Source: Desulfuromonas sp. (lineage in GTDB: Bacteria > Desulfobacterota > Desulfuromonadia > Desulfuromonadales > BM515). Taken from it: a stretch of 64,000 bases of DNA. How positions within the stretch are numbered: position 1 is the stretch's first letter; every line of letters begins with the position of its first letter. The stretch lies in assembly GCA_002869635.1 (NCBI GenBank), contig PKUF01000121.1, forward strand, positions 26,650-90,649, given 5' to 3'. Made by a program: the position numbers and the translations under genes. The notes beneath the pieces are model-generated. The model was not told the origin of the DNA. It saw only the letters and a program-made list of their open reading frames with translations, and did not search any database. Of this stretch, positions 46,715 to 55,478 are shown piece after piece.

Positions 46715-48618
46715 GCCTCGTTCTGATCACCGGACACCTGCGTCGCTCTCCCCAAGCGACCCCGCTGGCAGCGGCCTCTCTTGTCGCCGCTCTCGACCAA
46801 CGGCAACGCCGCCAAGCACACCTTCTTAACCTTTACGCACCTTCTGAGGTCGAGGCGGCAGTAACCGAACTGACCGCCTCCCCCCCCCAAATCATCAGCT
46901 TCACCCTAACAACATGGAACCGTAGCTGGCTCCTCGCCATGGCCCGCAAACTGCGCCAAAAGCTCCCTGAAACCCTGCTCATCGCCGGTGGCCCCGAAGC
47001 GACCGCTGCTCCAGCCGAAGTTCTCGCCGAAGGGGAGCTCAATGCGGTGATCAGAGGTGAGGGAGAGATCCCCTTTCGCCAGATCGTCAGCGACCGATTC
47101 GCCGGACGACCTCTCGCCGCAGCGCCGGGAGTGATGCGCCACGGCGACCGCGAAGAGCCAGCGTTCGCACCACTGCCTGACCTCGACACTCTCGACTCCC
47201 CCTGGCTAAGCGGCATCCTCACCCCACCGCGCGACGGTGGACTGCTCTGGGAGGTCGCCCGCGGCTGCTCCTTTGCCTGCAGCTTCTGCTTTGACGGCCG
47301 GGGACAAAAGGGGGTCCGCCCCTTCCCACGCCAGCGGCTGGCCGCAGAAATCGAACTTTTTGTCAAGCAAGGGGTTGGACAGGTATGGGTGCTTGATTCG
47401 ACCTTTAACGCACCGCCGGAGCGCGGGAAAAGCCTGCTGCGCCTGCTCGCCGAGCGGGCACCGCAGATCCATTTCCACCTTGAGGCGAAAGCCGACTTTC
47501 TTGATAAAGAGACGGCACAGCTCCTCTCCCGACTCACCTGTTCGCTACAGCTCGGGCTACAGTCGCTGCGCCCTGAGGTGATGCGCCAGGTACGTCGTCC
47601 GATCACCCCGGAAGGTTTGAGTAAAAAGATCCGCCCTCTACAGCAGCATGGCATCACCTACGGCTTCGACCTGATCTACGGTCTCCCCGGGGATGATCAC
47701 GCCGGGTTTTGCCAAACCCTCGACGAAGCGCTCAGCCTTGAACCGAATCATCTCGAGATCTTCCCTCTCGCCCTCCTGCCGGGAACTCCACTGGCGGCTG
47801 AAGCGGGCAAGTTCGGCCTGCGTGCGGCCACAAACCCTCCCTATGAAATCAGCGCCAGCACAAGCTACAGCGCTGCCGACCTTGCGGCGAGTCGAACCCT
47901 CGCGGCAACGACCCAGCTCTTTTACAACATCGGGCGCGCCGTCGCCTTTTTCCCGACCTTGTTGCAGTCTCTTGAGACAACACCCTCCGCACTCTTTAGC
48001 GACTTTGGCCAATGGCTCCAAGATGAACAGAACCTCCCCCTAAACCGCCTTCTCGCACTTGAGACATGGAGCCCGCAACAGCTGCTACCACTCCAAATCG
48101 ACTACCTGGGCAAACAACTCAAAAAGAGAAAAAGAGGGCGGCTGCGCCCTCCCCTCAAAGACCTGCTCACCTACCATTTCCACTACGCTGAGACCGTTCT
48201 CGGAGCCGACACCCTCCCTCCCCCTCGGTCGCCGGGCGACTGCTGGGATCGTCCCTTACACCTCGCCCCGGCAGTCCACCTCGTCTCCTTTGCCTATGAA
48301 ATTCTCGACCTGCTCGAGATGGGGGAGCCAGATCTGGAGCAGATCTTCCGCCTCTTTCGCCCGGTCGGCTCAACCGCGCTCTTTTTGCGCCGAAACGGTG
48401 AGGTGATCTGTGAATCGCTTGAGGAGGAGATGCGCCGTCTGCTGCTGGGGTGCGACGGCAAACGTTCGCCAAAGGAGATCTTCGCCGGCGCGGTGCGTGA
48501 GGATGTGGGTCGGGAGATTGTGGCATTCGCCGTCGACGAAGGGATTCTCGTCCCGTGCCGCTCCGGCAACAACAAGAGAACGCGTCAGTTCAGTAAAAGA
48601 TCCATGAAACCGCGGTAA
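46711..48618 (+). CDS. B12-binding-domain radical SAM protein
   Basis: N-terminal B12-binding-like region. CSFACSFC (CxxxCxxC) cluster. 4-bp overlap with the patatin gene. Confidence 0.8.
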   Translation: MSLVLITGHLRRSPQATPLAAASLVAALDQRQRRQAHLLNLYAPSEVEAAVTELTASPPQIISFTLTTWNRSWLLAMARKLRQKLPETLLIAGGPEATAAPAEVLAEGELNAVIRGEGEIPFRQIVSDRFAGRPLAAAPGVMRHGDREEPAFAPLPDLDTLDSPWLSGILTPPRDGGLLWEVARGCSFACSFCFDGRGQKGVRPFPRQRLAAEIELFVKQGVGQVWVLDSTFNAPPERGKSLLRLLAERAPQIHFHLEAKADFLDKETAQLLSRLTCSLQLGLQSLRPEVMRQVRRPITPEGLSKKIRPLQQHGITYGFDLIYGLPGDDHAGFCQTLDEALSLEPNHLEIFPLALLPGTPLAAEAGKFGLRAATNPPYEISASTSYSAADLAASRTLAATTQLFYNIGRAVAFFPTLLQSLETTPSALFSDFGQWLQDEQNLPLNRLLALETWSPQQLLPLQIDYLGKQLKKRKRGRLRPPLKDLLTYHFHYAETVLGADTLPPPRSPGDCWDRPLHLAPAVHLVSFAYEILDLLEMGEPDLEQIFRLFRPVGSTALFLRRNGEVICESLEEEMRRLLLGCDGKRSPKEIFAGAVREDVGREIVAFAVDEGILVPCRSGNNKRTRQFSKRSMKPR

Positions 48619-49952
48619 GTCTCGCGCTTGCGTTCCGACGCCTCATAGAGAGAAGAGGAGAAGAGAGCGGTCACCGCATGCTCAGCCAGCATGGTAAAGA
48701 GCTGGTAATCGACCTGCGCGAACCGCTCCTTCTGAATAAAAAGGCGGTAGATCGCAAGAAGCCCCATGCTCTCACCATGAATTCTAAGTGGGATCGCCGC
48801 CAAAGGGCGCCGCAGATCGTCCGATCCTTCAAGCACCGATCCCTGCTCATAGTGAGGTGAATCTTTTTCGAGCGCCTCCCAGAGGATACCGTCACCGGGG
48901 CGAACGTCGGGAAAACTCCCCTCTTCAAACCCTTCACCGGTCTCGTAATGCAGCAGATCATGCCCCTTTTCCATCAACAACAGGGCAAACTTCTCGGCCC
49001 CGACAAAGTTGATAACGACCTCCTTGATGATGCTGGCGACCTCTTTGCGGTCAAGAACCGAATGCAGGCGCGAAGAGGCAATATAAAGATTGGTCAGGTT
49101 GTTGTTGACCTCGTCGGTCTGCACAAGCTGCTGAGCGAAATCGAGGTTTTCTTCCTCCAGTTCATCAATCCTCTCCCGCAACCGCTCATTCTCCTCCTCC
49201 AAGCGACGGCTGCGTTTCTCAAGCGCACCGAGTTTCTCCTCAAACGAACCGGTGAAGCTCTCAACGATGGCCCCTTCCTCCTCGTCCCCCCGCAGAATAA
49301 GTGCCTCAAGCGACTCAACCCCGTCACTGTCTGGATGAACGAGGTAGATCCCCATCCCCTTATCGCCTTTTTGCTCCTGACGTTTGACCTTGCCGAGAAG
49401 ATTGAGTTGCTCCCCATCTGGAAGTTCAAGAGAGATTTCGACGACGGTCTCAAGGTCGAGAAGCCGGCTGCTCTTGACATAGATACCGTTTAGAGAGATG
49501 TCTCGCACTTGAGCCTCAAGTGCCTTCTCCCCCCCCTTGATACGCACCCGCAGCGGCTTGCGCACCCGAGGCGAAGTTCGTCCCTTCAACCCACCGAGAA
49601 GGCGCTGTACCTTTTCGTTGAGTTCGTTTTTGTTCACCGGCTTGGTGATATAGTCGTCACACCCAGCGGCAAGACATTTGCGCACATCCTCTTCCTTGCC
49701 GGCGGCGGTCACCATAATGATCTTCAACCCCTGCCAACGCGCCTCCTGGCGCAACTGAAGACAGAGTTCATCCCCATCAAGCCCTGGCATATAAAGATCG
49801 AGCAGAAGAAGATCAGGCGGAGTTTCCGCCATCACCTCAAGGGCCGCTTCGGCAGAGTGAGCCTCAAACAGGGTGTGCCCCTGACCTTCGAGGAAAGATT
49901 TTTCCAACTCGAGGAAAAGAGCGACGTCATCGACAAGAAGAATGGTGGCCAT
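48585..49952 (-). CDS. Response regulator with PilZ, coiled-coil and GAF-like domains
   Basis: REC (ILLVDD, LLLLDLYMP, ITKP). PilZ RTSPR ... DISLNG. Heptad-rich linker (RRLEEENERLRERIDELEEE). GAF-like C-terminus. Confidence 0.8.
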   Translation of the reverse strand: MATILLVDDVALFLELEKSFLEGQGHTLFEAHSAEAALEVMAETPPDLLLLDLYMPGLDGDELCLQLRQEARWQGLKIIMVTAAGKEEDVRKCLAAGCDDYITKPVNKNELNEKVQRLLGGLKGRTSPRVRKPLRVRIKGGEKALEAQVRDISLNGIYVKSSRLLDLETVVEISLELPDGEQLNLLGKVKRQEQKGDKGMGIYLVHPDSDGVESLEALILRGDEEEGAIVESFTGSFEEKLGALEKRSRRLEEENERLRERIDELEEENLDFAQQLVQTDEVNNNLTNLYIASSRLHSVLDRKEVASIIKEVVINFVGAEKFALLLMEKGHDLLHYETGEGFEEGSFPDVRPGDGILWEALEKDSPHYEQGSVLEGSDDLRRPLAAIPLRIHGESMGLLAIYRLFIQKERFAQVDYQLFTMLAEHAVTALFSSSLYEASERKRETYRGFMDLLLN

Positions 49953-50119
49953 AAAATTTCACCTCAAGAAAGAATACTCTCTGCGAGGCTACCGCACCCC
50001 CCGGCGATTGTAAAGAGAAGGCCTTCTCCTTCTTTTTCATCGATGACCTCAGTCGCGACTTGCAGCGACCGACAGATTTCGCTAGACTGGTCATACCAAA
50101 CAGGAAATGGATAAAAGGT

Positions 50120-50848
50120 ATGACCTCAGCATTCAAGCCGATCCGCCCGAAAAAAATCTCAGAAGAGATTGTCACCCAGATCAAGGCGCTCATCGCCAAG
50201 GGGGAGTTACGCCCCGGTGAACGCATCCCCTCAGAGCGGGATCTCGCCTCACTGCTCGGGGTAAGCCGCCCTTCGGTCCGGGAAGCAATCATGGTTCTTG
50301 AAGCGATGGGTTTTCTCGAATCGCGTCAGGGAGGGGGAACCTTCGTCCGCGCCCTCACCGAGACAACCATCGCCGACCCCCTCGCCCGCCTTATGGAGTC
50401 GAAGGATCCGCGCATGCTCCACGCCTTAACGGAAGTCCGCATGGGACTCGAGAGCTGGTCGGCCTACTTGGCGGCACTGCAGGCCGAGGCGAGCGACATC
50501 GACGAACTGCACCGACTCTACGGTGAGATGGAAACCCAGTCGGCGCATGGTGGATGGGATGCCGACACTGACACTCAGTTCCACTATGCCATTACCGCCG
50601 CCACCCACAACACGGTGCAGATTCATCTGCTCGACACCATTCACTCCCTCTTCCATGCCACCATCCAGACGGCTCTGGTGGAGTTCTACAGCAAGAACGG
50701 CTATCGCGAAAAACTCCTCGCCCAGCACAAGGAAATTCTCGACGCGATCAGCGAGCGTGATCCCGAGCGGGCACGCCAGAGTATGCTTGATCACCTGGCA
50801 TTGGTCGAAGAGAAGATGGCCCAACTGCTTGTCAACTCCGTTGATTGA
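50120..50848 (+). CDS. GntR/FadR-family transcriptional regulator
   Basis: wHTH (GERIPSERDLASLLGVSRPSVREAI) plus an FCD-type helical C-terminal domain. Confidence 0.85.
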   Translation: MTSAFKPIRPKKISEEIVTQIKALIAKGELRPGERIPSERDLASLLGVSRPSVREAIMVLEAMGFLESRQGGGTFVRALTETTIADPLARLMESKDPRMLHALTEVRMGLESWSAYLAALQAEASDIDELHRLYGEMETQSAHGGWDADTDTQFHYAITAATHNTVQIHLLDTIHSLFHATIQTALVEFYSKNGYREKLLAQHKEILDAISERDPERARQSMLDHLALVEEKMAQLLVNSVD

Positions 50849-50867
50849 CCCTTAAGGCGATAAACAC

Positions 50868-50906
50868 AAAAGGCCCCCGTTCCCAATTGAGAACGGGGGC
50901 CTTTTT
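50868..50906. terminator. Bidirectional rho-independent terminator
   Basis: AAAAGGCCCCCGTTC ..loop.. GAACGGGGGCCTTTTT. Confidence 0.8.
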
Positions 50907-50926
50907 ATTGGATCGACGCCCAGAGG

Positions 50927-51208
50927 CTAGGCGACGTTTTGATAACGCCTATGGAAGCGAGGCCGTTCAGCGATGAGGTGGAAGATCTCATCAACCGTCG
51001 GAACCCGACCGGCGATACGGACATCGTCATCCACCAGCAGCGCCGGCGAGACATAGACCCTATGGTCGATCATCTTGCGCCGATCACGAAAAAGATGAAC
51101 CTCGGCTTCAACCCCGGCCCGCTCAAGCGCCTGGCGCACATTCTCAAGCGTCTCTTCGCCCCGGGCGACCCGTTCAGGTTTACAAAGAATATCGATACGC
51201 ATCGCCAC
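50927..51208 (-). CDS. Thioredoxin-fold small protein (MTH895/ArsE-like) lacking the CxxC motif
   Basis: Resembles the small glutaredoxin-like family (..VSPALLVDDDV..AGRVPTVDEI..), but only one Cys sits at the expected redox position. Confidence 0.45.
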   Translation of the reverse strand: MAMRIDILCKPERVARGEETLENVRQALERAGVEAEVHLFRDRRKMIDHRVYVSPALLVDDDVRIAGRVPTVDEIFHLIAERPRFHRRYQNVA

Positions 51209-51298
51209 CTCCCTGCCCTGACGGGCAAATAGATTACCGATTTGGTCTCATTATAGCACCAAGAAAAGGGAGTGCAACAGAAATCGACACCCCCTTAT

Positions 51299-52177
51299 TC
51301 AGCGCTGCAACGGCGGCGCGTCGCCGTAGACCTGACGCAGTGCCCGCTTGACCCGGGCAATCAGGCGCAACGGATTGGTCGGCTTGGCAATAAAATCGTA
51401 GTACCCCATATCAAGCAGGCGGGCCTCCTCTTCCGGCGACGACTTGGAGGAGAGAGCAATGACCGGAATTTTACGGGTCTTGGTGTTCCCCTGCAGAGCC
51501 CGGAACATCTCATAGCCGTCCATGCGCGGCATCACCGTATCGCAAACGATCAAGTGAGGTGGAGACTGCATCGCCAGTTTCAATCCTACCGCGCCGTTTT
51601 CAGCCTCCTTGACCGAATAGGCCTCTTTCTTCAGTGCCGCGGCAACCGCAGCCCGACTCAACTCCTGATCGTCAACAACAAGAATCTCCCACCAGTCGCT
51701 TACTGAGATCTCATCCGGTACGATCTCCTCTTCGCCATGGTAGTGACGATTGATCGCCGCTTGAATCTCGGTCGGTGTCGTGACGCAGGGGATGATCCGC
51801 AGACCGGTGCGGAAGGTGAAGTGATCGATGGTCTCCATATCGAGAGGGTTGACCATCGCCATGTAGACGCTGTTGTTCTCTTTTTTCAACGGAAATATCA
51901 TCGCTCGAGTCACGGTATCGACATCGATCAGATCGAGAATCTCCGGGGGAAACTTATGCTTGGAGAAACCACGCACCGTTTTGAAACCGAACTGCCGTCC
52001 GAGAGCCGCCGCGATATCCTTTTCGGTCACGACTCCCATCTCCTCAAGCTCCTGCCCAAGGCGGCGGCCCGACTCTTTTTGCCGTCGGAGCGCCCCCTTC
52101 AGGAGGGTCTCCGTCAGCACCCCCGCTTCAATAAGGATCTCGCCAAAACGTTTTCTTCTACCGGTTGTTACAGCCAT
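51299..52177 (-). CDS. MshEN (T2SSE_N) c-di-GMP-binding domain fused to a receiver domain
   Basis: Tandem 24-residue MshEN motifs RFGEILIEAGVLTETLLKGALRRQ and RLGQELEEMGVVTEKDIAAALGRQ, separated by 5 residues. C-terminal REC (ILVVDD, LIVCDTVMP, IAKP). Confidence 0.85.
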   Translation of the reverse strand: MAVTTGRRKRFGEILIEAGVLTETLLKGALRRQKESGRRLGQELEEMGVVTEKDIAAALGRQFGFKTVRGFSKHKFPPEILDLIDVDTVTRAMIFPLKKENNSVYMAMVNPLDMETIDHFTFRTGLRIIPCVTTPTEIQAAINRHYHGEEEIVPDEISVSDWWEILVVDDQELSRAAVAAALKKEAYSVKEAENGAVGLKLAMQSPPHLIVCDTVMPRMDGYEMFRALQGNTKTRKIPVIALSSKSSPEEEARLLDMGYYDFIAKPTNPLRLIARVKRALRQVYGDAPPLQR

Positions 52178-52342
52178 AACACTCCCTCATCTCCCTCCAT
52201 ACCCTCATTTTTTAGGGGAAAACCTATGACAAGACAAGTAAAAAACCATTTCTCTCCTCAATTGGCACCTCATTGACCAACTGGACGTCACCTGCAAAAG
52301 GGGATTATACTCGAGATAAATCCTTGCGAAGGACAGCCCTTT

Positions 52343-53653
52343 ATGTCGTCTCGACACCCACAATTGTTCCCTCCTGCCGCTAGCATCGCTCTAAGTTATG
52401 CACTCTTCGCCGGCCTCTGGATTGTCTTCTCTGACCGTATGCTCGAAAGTCTGGTCAGTGACCTGAAGACGCTAAGTCAGCTTCAGACCCTTAAAGGAGG
52501 GATGTTCGTTGTCGTCACCACCGGCCTCATCTTTGCTCTGGTCCACCGCCTCTACCTAACTCTGCATGTCAGCGAAGAGCGCTATCGCGAGGTGGTGGAG
52601 GGGACCGATAATCTTATCACCCAGGTCGATGAAGAAGGTCGTTTCACCTATGTCAACCGCCGCTCCTTACGTTATCTTGGTCTTCCCCACGAGCAGTGCC
52701 TCGGCCGACTCGCCTTCGATTTCGTCCATCCTGACGATCAGGAACTTACACTGCGGTGGTTTCAAAAATGTTTAAGCGAAAAAGTACAGAGTTCCCGCAT
52801 CGAGAACCGGCTTCTAACTCCTGACGGACAAATCACTCCCATTCTCTGGACCGCGAGCTTCCGTTATCTTGCCAACACTCGGCTTGAAGGGGTCCGTGCC
52901 ATCGGACAAGATATCAGTGACCGCAAAGCGATCGAACAGGCGCTGACCGAACATCTGCGGCTCAAATCAGAGTTCATCTCCACCGCCGCCCATGAGCTGC
53001 GTACCCCCTTGGCAACCATCGTCGGATATGCCGAGCTTCTCGCCACCCCCCCGGACGGCTCGGCCTCATCGCTTTCGACTGAACAGAAAGAGTATGCCGA
53101 GACCATCCTCGACCGCTCCGTCGCTCTGGCTGGGATCATCGACGACCTGCTTGATCTAAGCCGCATCGACGCCGGGCAAGACCTCCCACTGCACCTTGAA
53201 GCCTGCGACCTTGGTCAACTCTGTGAGCGGATCATCCACGATTTTCGCACTCGTTTCCCCAAACGCCGCTTCGTCCTTGAGCTCCCTCCGGGAGTTTTCC
53301 CCGTCAAAGCCGACCACGATCGACTTGCTCAGATCATCGAAAACCTCATTGACAACGCTCTCAAATACTCCCCTGACGAACAGGAGGTTACTCTTACCTG
53401 CTGCCACCGGCAGAGTGAGATCTGCATAACGATTCGGGATCACGGCATCGGGATGACTGAAGAGGCACAGCAACGCATCTTTGAACCGTTCTTCCGCGCC
53501 GACGCCTCGAACACCGCCGTCCCCGGTCTCGGCCTCGGTCTGAGCATCGTGCAGAAGATTGTTCAGGGGCACGAGGGGCGGATCGAGGTTGAAAGCAAAG
53601 CGGGTCAAGGGACCGCCCTGACCGTCTGCCTTCCCGGCCAGTGCAATGCCTGA
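52343..53653 (+). CDS. PAS-domain sensor histidine kinase
   Basis: Two N-terminal TM helices, a PAS domain, H-box AAHELRTPL, N-box IDNALKYS, and G-boxes DHGIGM and GLGLGLSI. Confidence 0.9.
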   Translation: MSSRHPQLFPPAASIALSYALFAGLWIVFSDRMLESLVSDLKTLSQLQTLKGGMFVVVTTGLIFALVHRLYLTLHVSEERYREVVEGTDNLITQVDEEGRFTYVNRRSLRYLGLPHEQCLGRLAFDFVHPDDQELTLRWFQKCLSEKVQSSRIENRLLTPDGQITPILWTASFRYLANTRLEGVRAIGQDISDRKAIEQALTEHLRLKSEFISTAAHELRTPLATIVGYAELLATPPDGSASSLSTEQKEYAETILDRSVALAGIIDDLLDLSRIDAGQDLPLHLEACDLGQLCERIIHDFRTRFPKRRFVLELPPGVFPVKADHDRLAQIIENLIDNALKYSPDEQEVTLTCCHRQSEICITIRDHGIGMTEEAQQRIFEPFFRADASNTAVPGLGLGLSIVQKIVQGHEGRIEVESKAGQGTALTVCLPGQCNA

Positions 53654-54050
53654 CCACCAGACATACCGCCTCTACTACGACGGCAACTGCCCCTTTTGCA
53701 ACGAACAGGTCTGCAACCTCCACCGACAAACGAAAGAGATCCGACTTGAGCTGATCAACATCAACAATCCAACAGCACCAGTACCCCAAGGCGTCAACCA
53801 GGCGGCGCTTCAGCGAGAAATCCATCTCCTTACCCCCGAGGGAAAAATCCTGCGCAACGTCGATGCGCTCCTCGCTCTCGCCCCCTTCACCGCACCGGGA
53901 AGTCTCTTACAGCGCCTCGCTCCACTGCTGCGACTGTCCCTTCTTCGCCCCTTCGCCCGTCTCGGCTACCGCCTCGTTGCCTGTTTCCGCCATCGGCTGC
54001 GCCGAACTCTCCCCAAGGAAGGTTCCCCCGACGATGAAGATCGGGCATAA
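53646..54050 (+). CDS. DCC-family thiol-disulfide oxidoreductase (DUF393)
   Basis: YYDGNCPFC motif. 8-bp overlap with the kinase gene. Confidence 0.75.
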   Translation: MPDHQTYRLYYDGNCPFCNEQVCNLHRQTKEIRLELININNPTAPVPQGVNQAALQREIHLLTPEGKILRNVDALLALAPFTAPGSLLQRLAPLLRLSLLRPFARLGYRLVACFRHRLRRTLPKEGSPDDEDRA

Positions 54051-54970
54051 TGACGACTATGATACGGCATTTCGTCACCTCCATCTCCCCTCACAACCGC
54101 CAGCTTTTACGCCAGCTAGTCTTCCGCCACACGCTCTGGAGTTTCATTCTCTTCCTACTGGCCTCCGGCTGTCGACTCATCCCGTTGCCAGCTTGGAGCG
54201 GGCACCTCGCCGTCGCGCTGCAACTTGTCGCCATCGCCCAGCTCTTACCCCCGCTGCTCCAATTGATGGATGAGCCACGCCGCCGCAGCTTCTATCTCGC
54301 GTGGGGAGTCCTTCTCCTTACCGGCCTCTACCTGCTCTTTCAGCTCGTCCGAACCAGCGCATTACTGCCGCTGATGGCGCTGCAGTCGGGAGCGCTCCTC
54401 TTCTGCGGCGCTCTGGTTGGGGCAACGCTCGCCCGCTACACTCGCCGCCTACGCGACCTTGTGCCGGTCGCAGCGGTGATCGCGGCGACCGACCTTTTGA
54501 GCTGGCTGGCCGGACCGACGGCCGGGATGATCCCGATCATTGACAGCTACTATCGCGCTCCGAGCGGCCCGCCGCCGCTCATCGACCTGCTGCTGGTCAA
54601 GTTCGCCCTCCCCTCGCCACTTGGGCTTGCCCCCCTCTTTGGAATCTCGGACTGGATCATGGTTGTCTTCTTCGCCGTCGTGGCAAAACGACACGGCCTT
54701 GATGACAATCTGTTCCCACGGCGCACCCCTCTCTACCTCCCGCTACCGGTGTTCGCCCTCACGGCGGCACTCTTCGCCGCCCAGACGAGCGGACTCTTTT
54801 TACCGGCGCTGCCAATCGTCGCCCTGATCGTCCTTGTGGGAGATTTCACTCTCTGGTGGTGGCAAAAAGGGAGGAATAAATCGGCGGACGACCCCTTTTC
54901 CCCTTCACAGCCGCCCCCGGCACATGGTAGTCAAAGGGATCAACAATCTGAAAGGAGCGATAATGTCTGA
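54050..54970 (+). CDS. Polytopic membrane protein, possible presenilin/SPP-like intramembrane aspartyl protease
   Basis: Multiple TM helices. Ordered motifs AATD(148), FGISD(201)WIM, LPAL(252-254)P. TAATG overlap with the upstream gene. Confidence 0.55.
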   Translation: MTTMIRHFVTSISPHNRQLLRQLVFRHTLWSFILFLLASGCRLIPLPAWSGHLAVALQLVAIAQLLPPLLQLMDEPRRRSFYLAWGVLLLTGLYLLFQLVRTSALLPLMALQSGALLFCGALVGATLARYTRRLRDLVPVAAVIAATDLLSWLAGPTAGMIPIIDSYYRAPSGPPPLIDLLLVKFALPSPLGLAPLFGISDWIMVVFFAVVAKRHGLDDNLFPRRTPLYLPLPVFALTAALFAAQTSGLFLPALPIVALIVLVGDFTLWWWQKGRNKSADDPFSPSQPPPAHGSQRDQQSERSDNV

Positions 54971-55394
54971 ATCGCAGAACCAAACCAAGGTCAAAGTCCA
55001 CTACACCGGTACTCTCGCCGACGGAACCGTCTTCGACAGTTCCCGCGAGCACGCCCCTCTCGAGTTCGCCCTCGGTGCCAACCAGGTCATCAAAGGATTC
55101 GAAGAGGCCGTAAGCGGCATGACCGTGGGTGAAACCAAAACCGTCACCCTCCCGGCCGACGAAGCTTACGGCCCGCACCATGCCCAGCTGGTCCATGAGA
55201 TCAGCGCCAGCCAGTTCGCTGAAGGGGTCACCCCGACTGTCGGGATGCAGATCCAGTCGCAGGGTGCCGAAGGGGAGCCGCCGCTGATCGCCATGATCAC
55301 CGAAGTGACCGAGGATAAGGTCACCATCGACGCCAACCATCCGCTGGCCGGCAAGGATCTCACCTTTGAGCTTGAGCTGATGGAGCGCGACTAA
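54963..55394 (+). CDS. FKBP-type peptidyl-prolyl cis-trans isomerase (SlyD-like, with an IF insert and no His tail)
   Basis: VKVHYTGTLADGTVFDSS, FALGANQVIKGFEEAV, ANHPLAGKDLTFELEL motifs. AAAGGAG RBS. Confidence 0.9.
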   Translation: MSESQNQTKVKVHYTGTLADGTVFDSSREHAPLEFALGANQVIKGFEEAVSGMTVGETKTVTLPADEAYGPHHAQLVHEISASQFAEGVTPTVGMQIQSQGAEGEPPLIAMITEVTEDKVTIDANHPLAGKDLTFELELMERD

Positions 55395-55478
55395 GCGCTT
55401 TTGCCGTAGAAACAGCACGGGGCCGGAGGAGAATCTTCCTCTGGCCCCGCCCTTTCCCACCTTTTCGATCTCCCCTTT

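Noticed and set aside
52263-52278. TGGCAC-N5-TGACC upstream of the PAS histidine kinase as a sigma-54 promoter
   Set aside because: The -24 element is perfect, but the -12 region reads TGAC instead of TTGC, so the GC dinucleotide is not at the required position. Not called without a PWM score.
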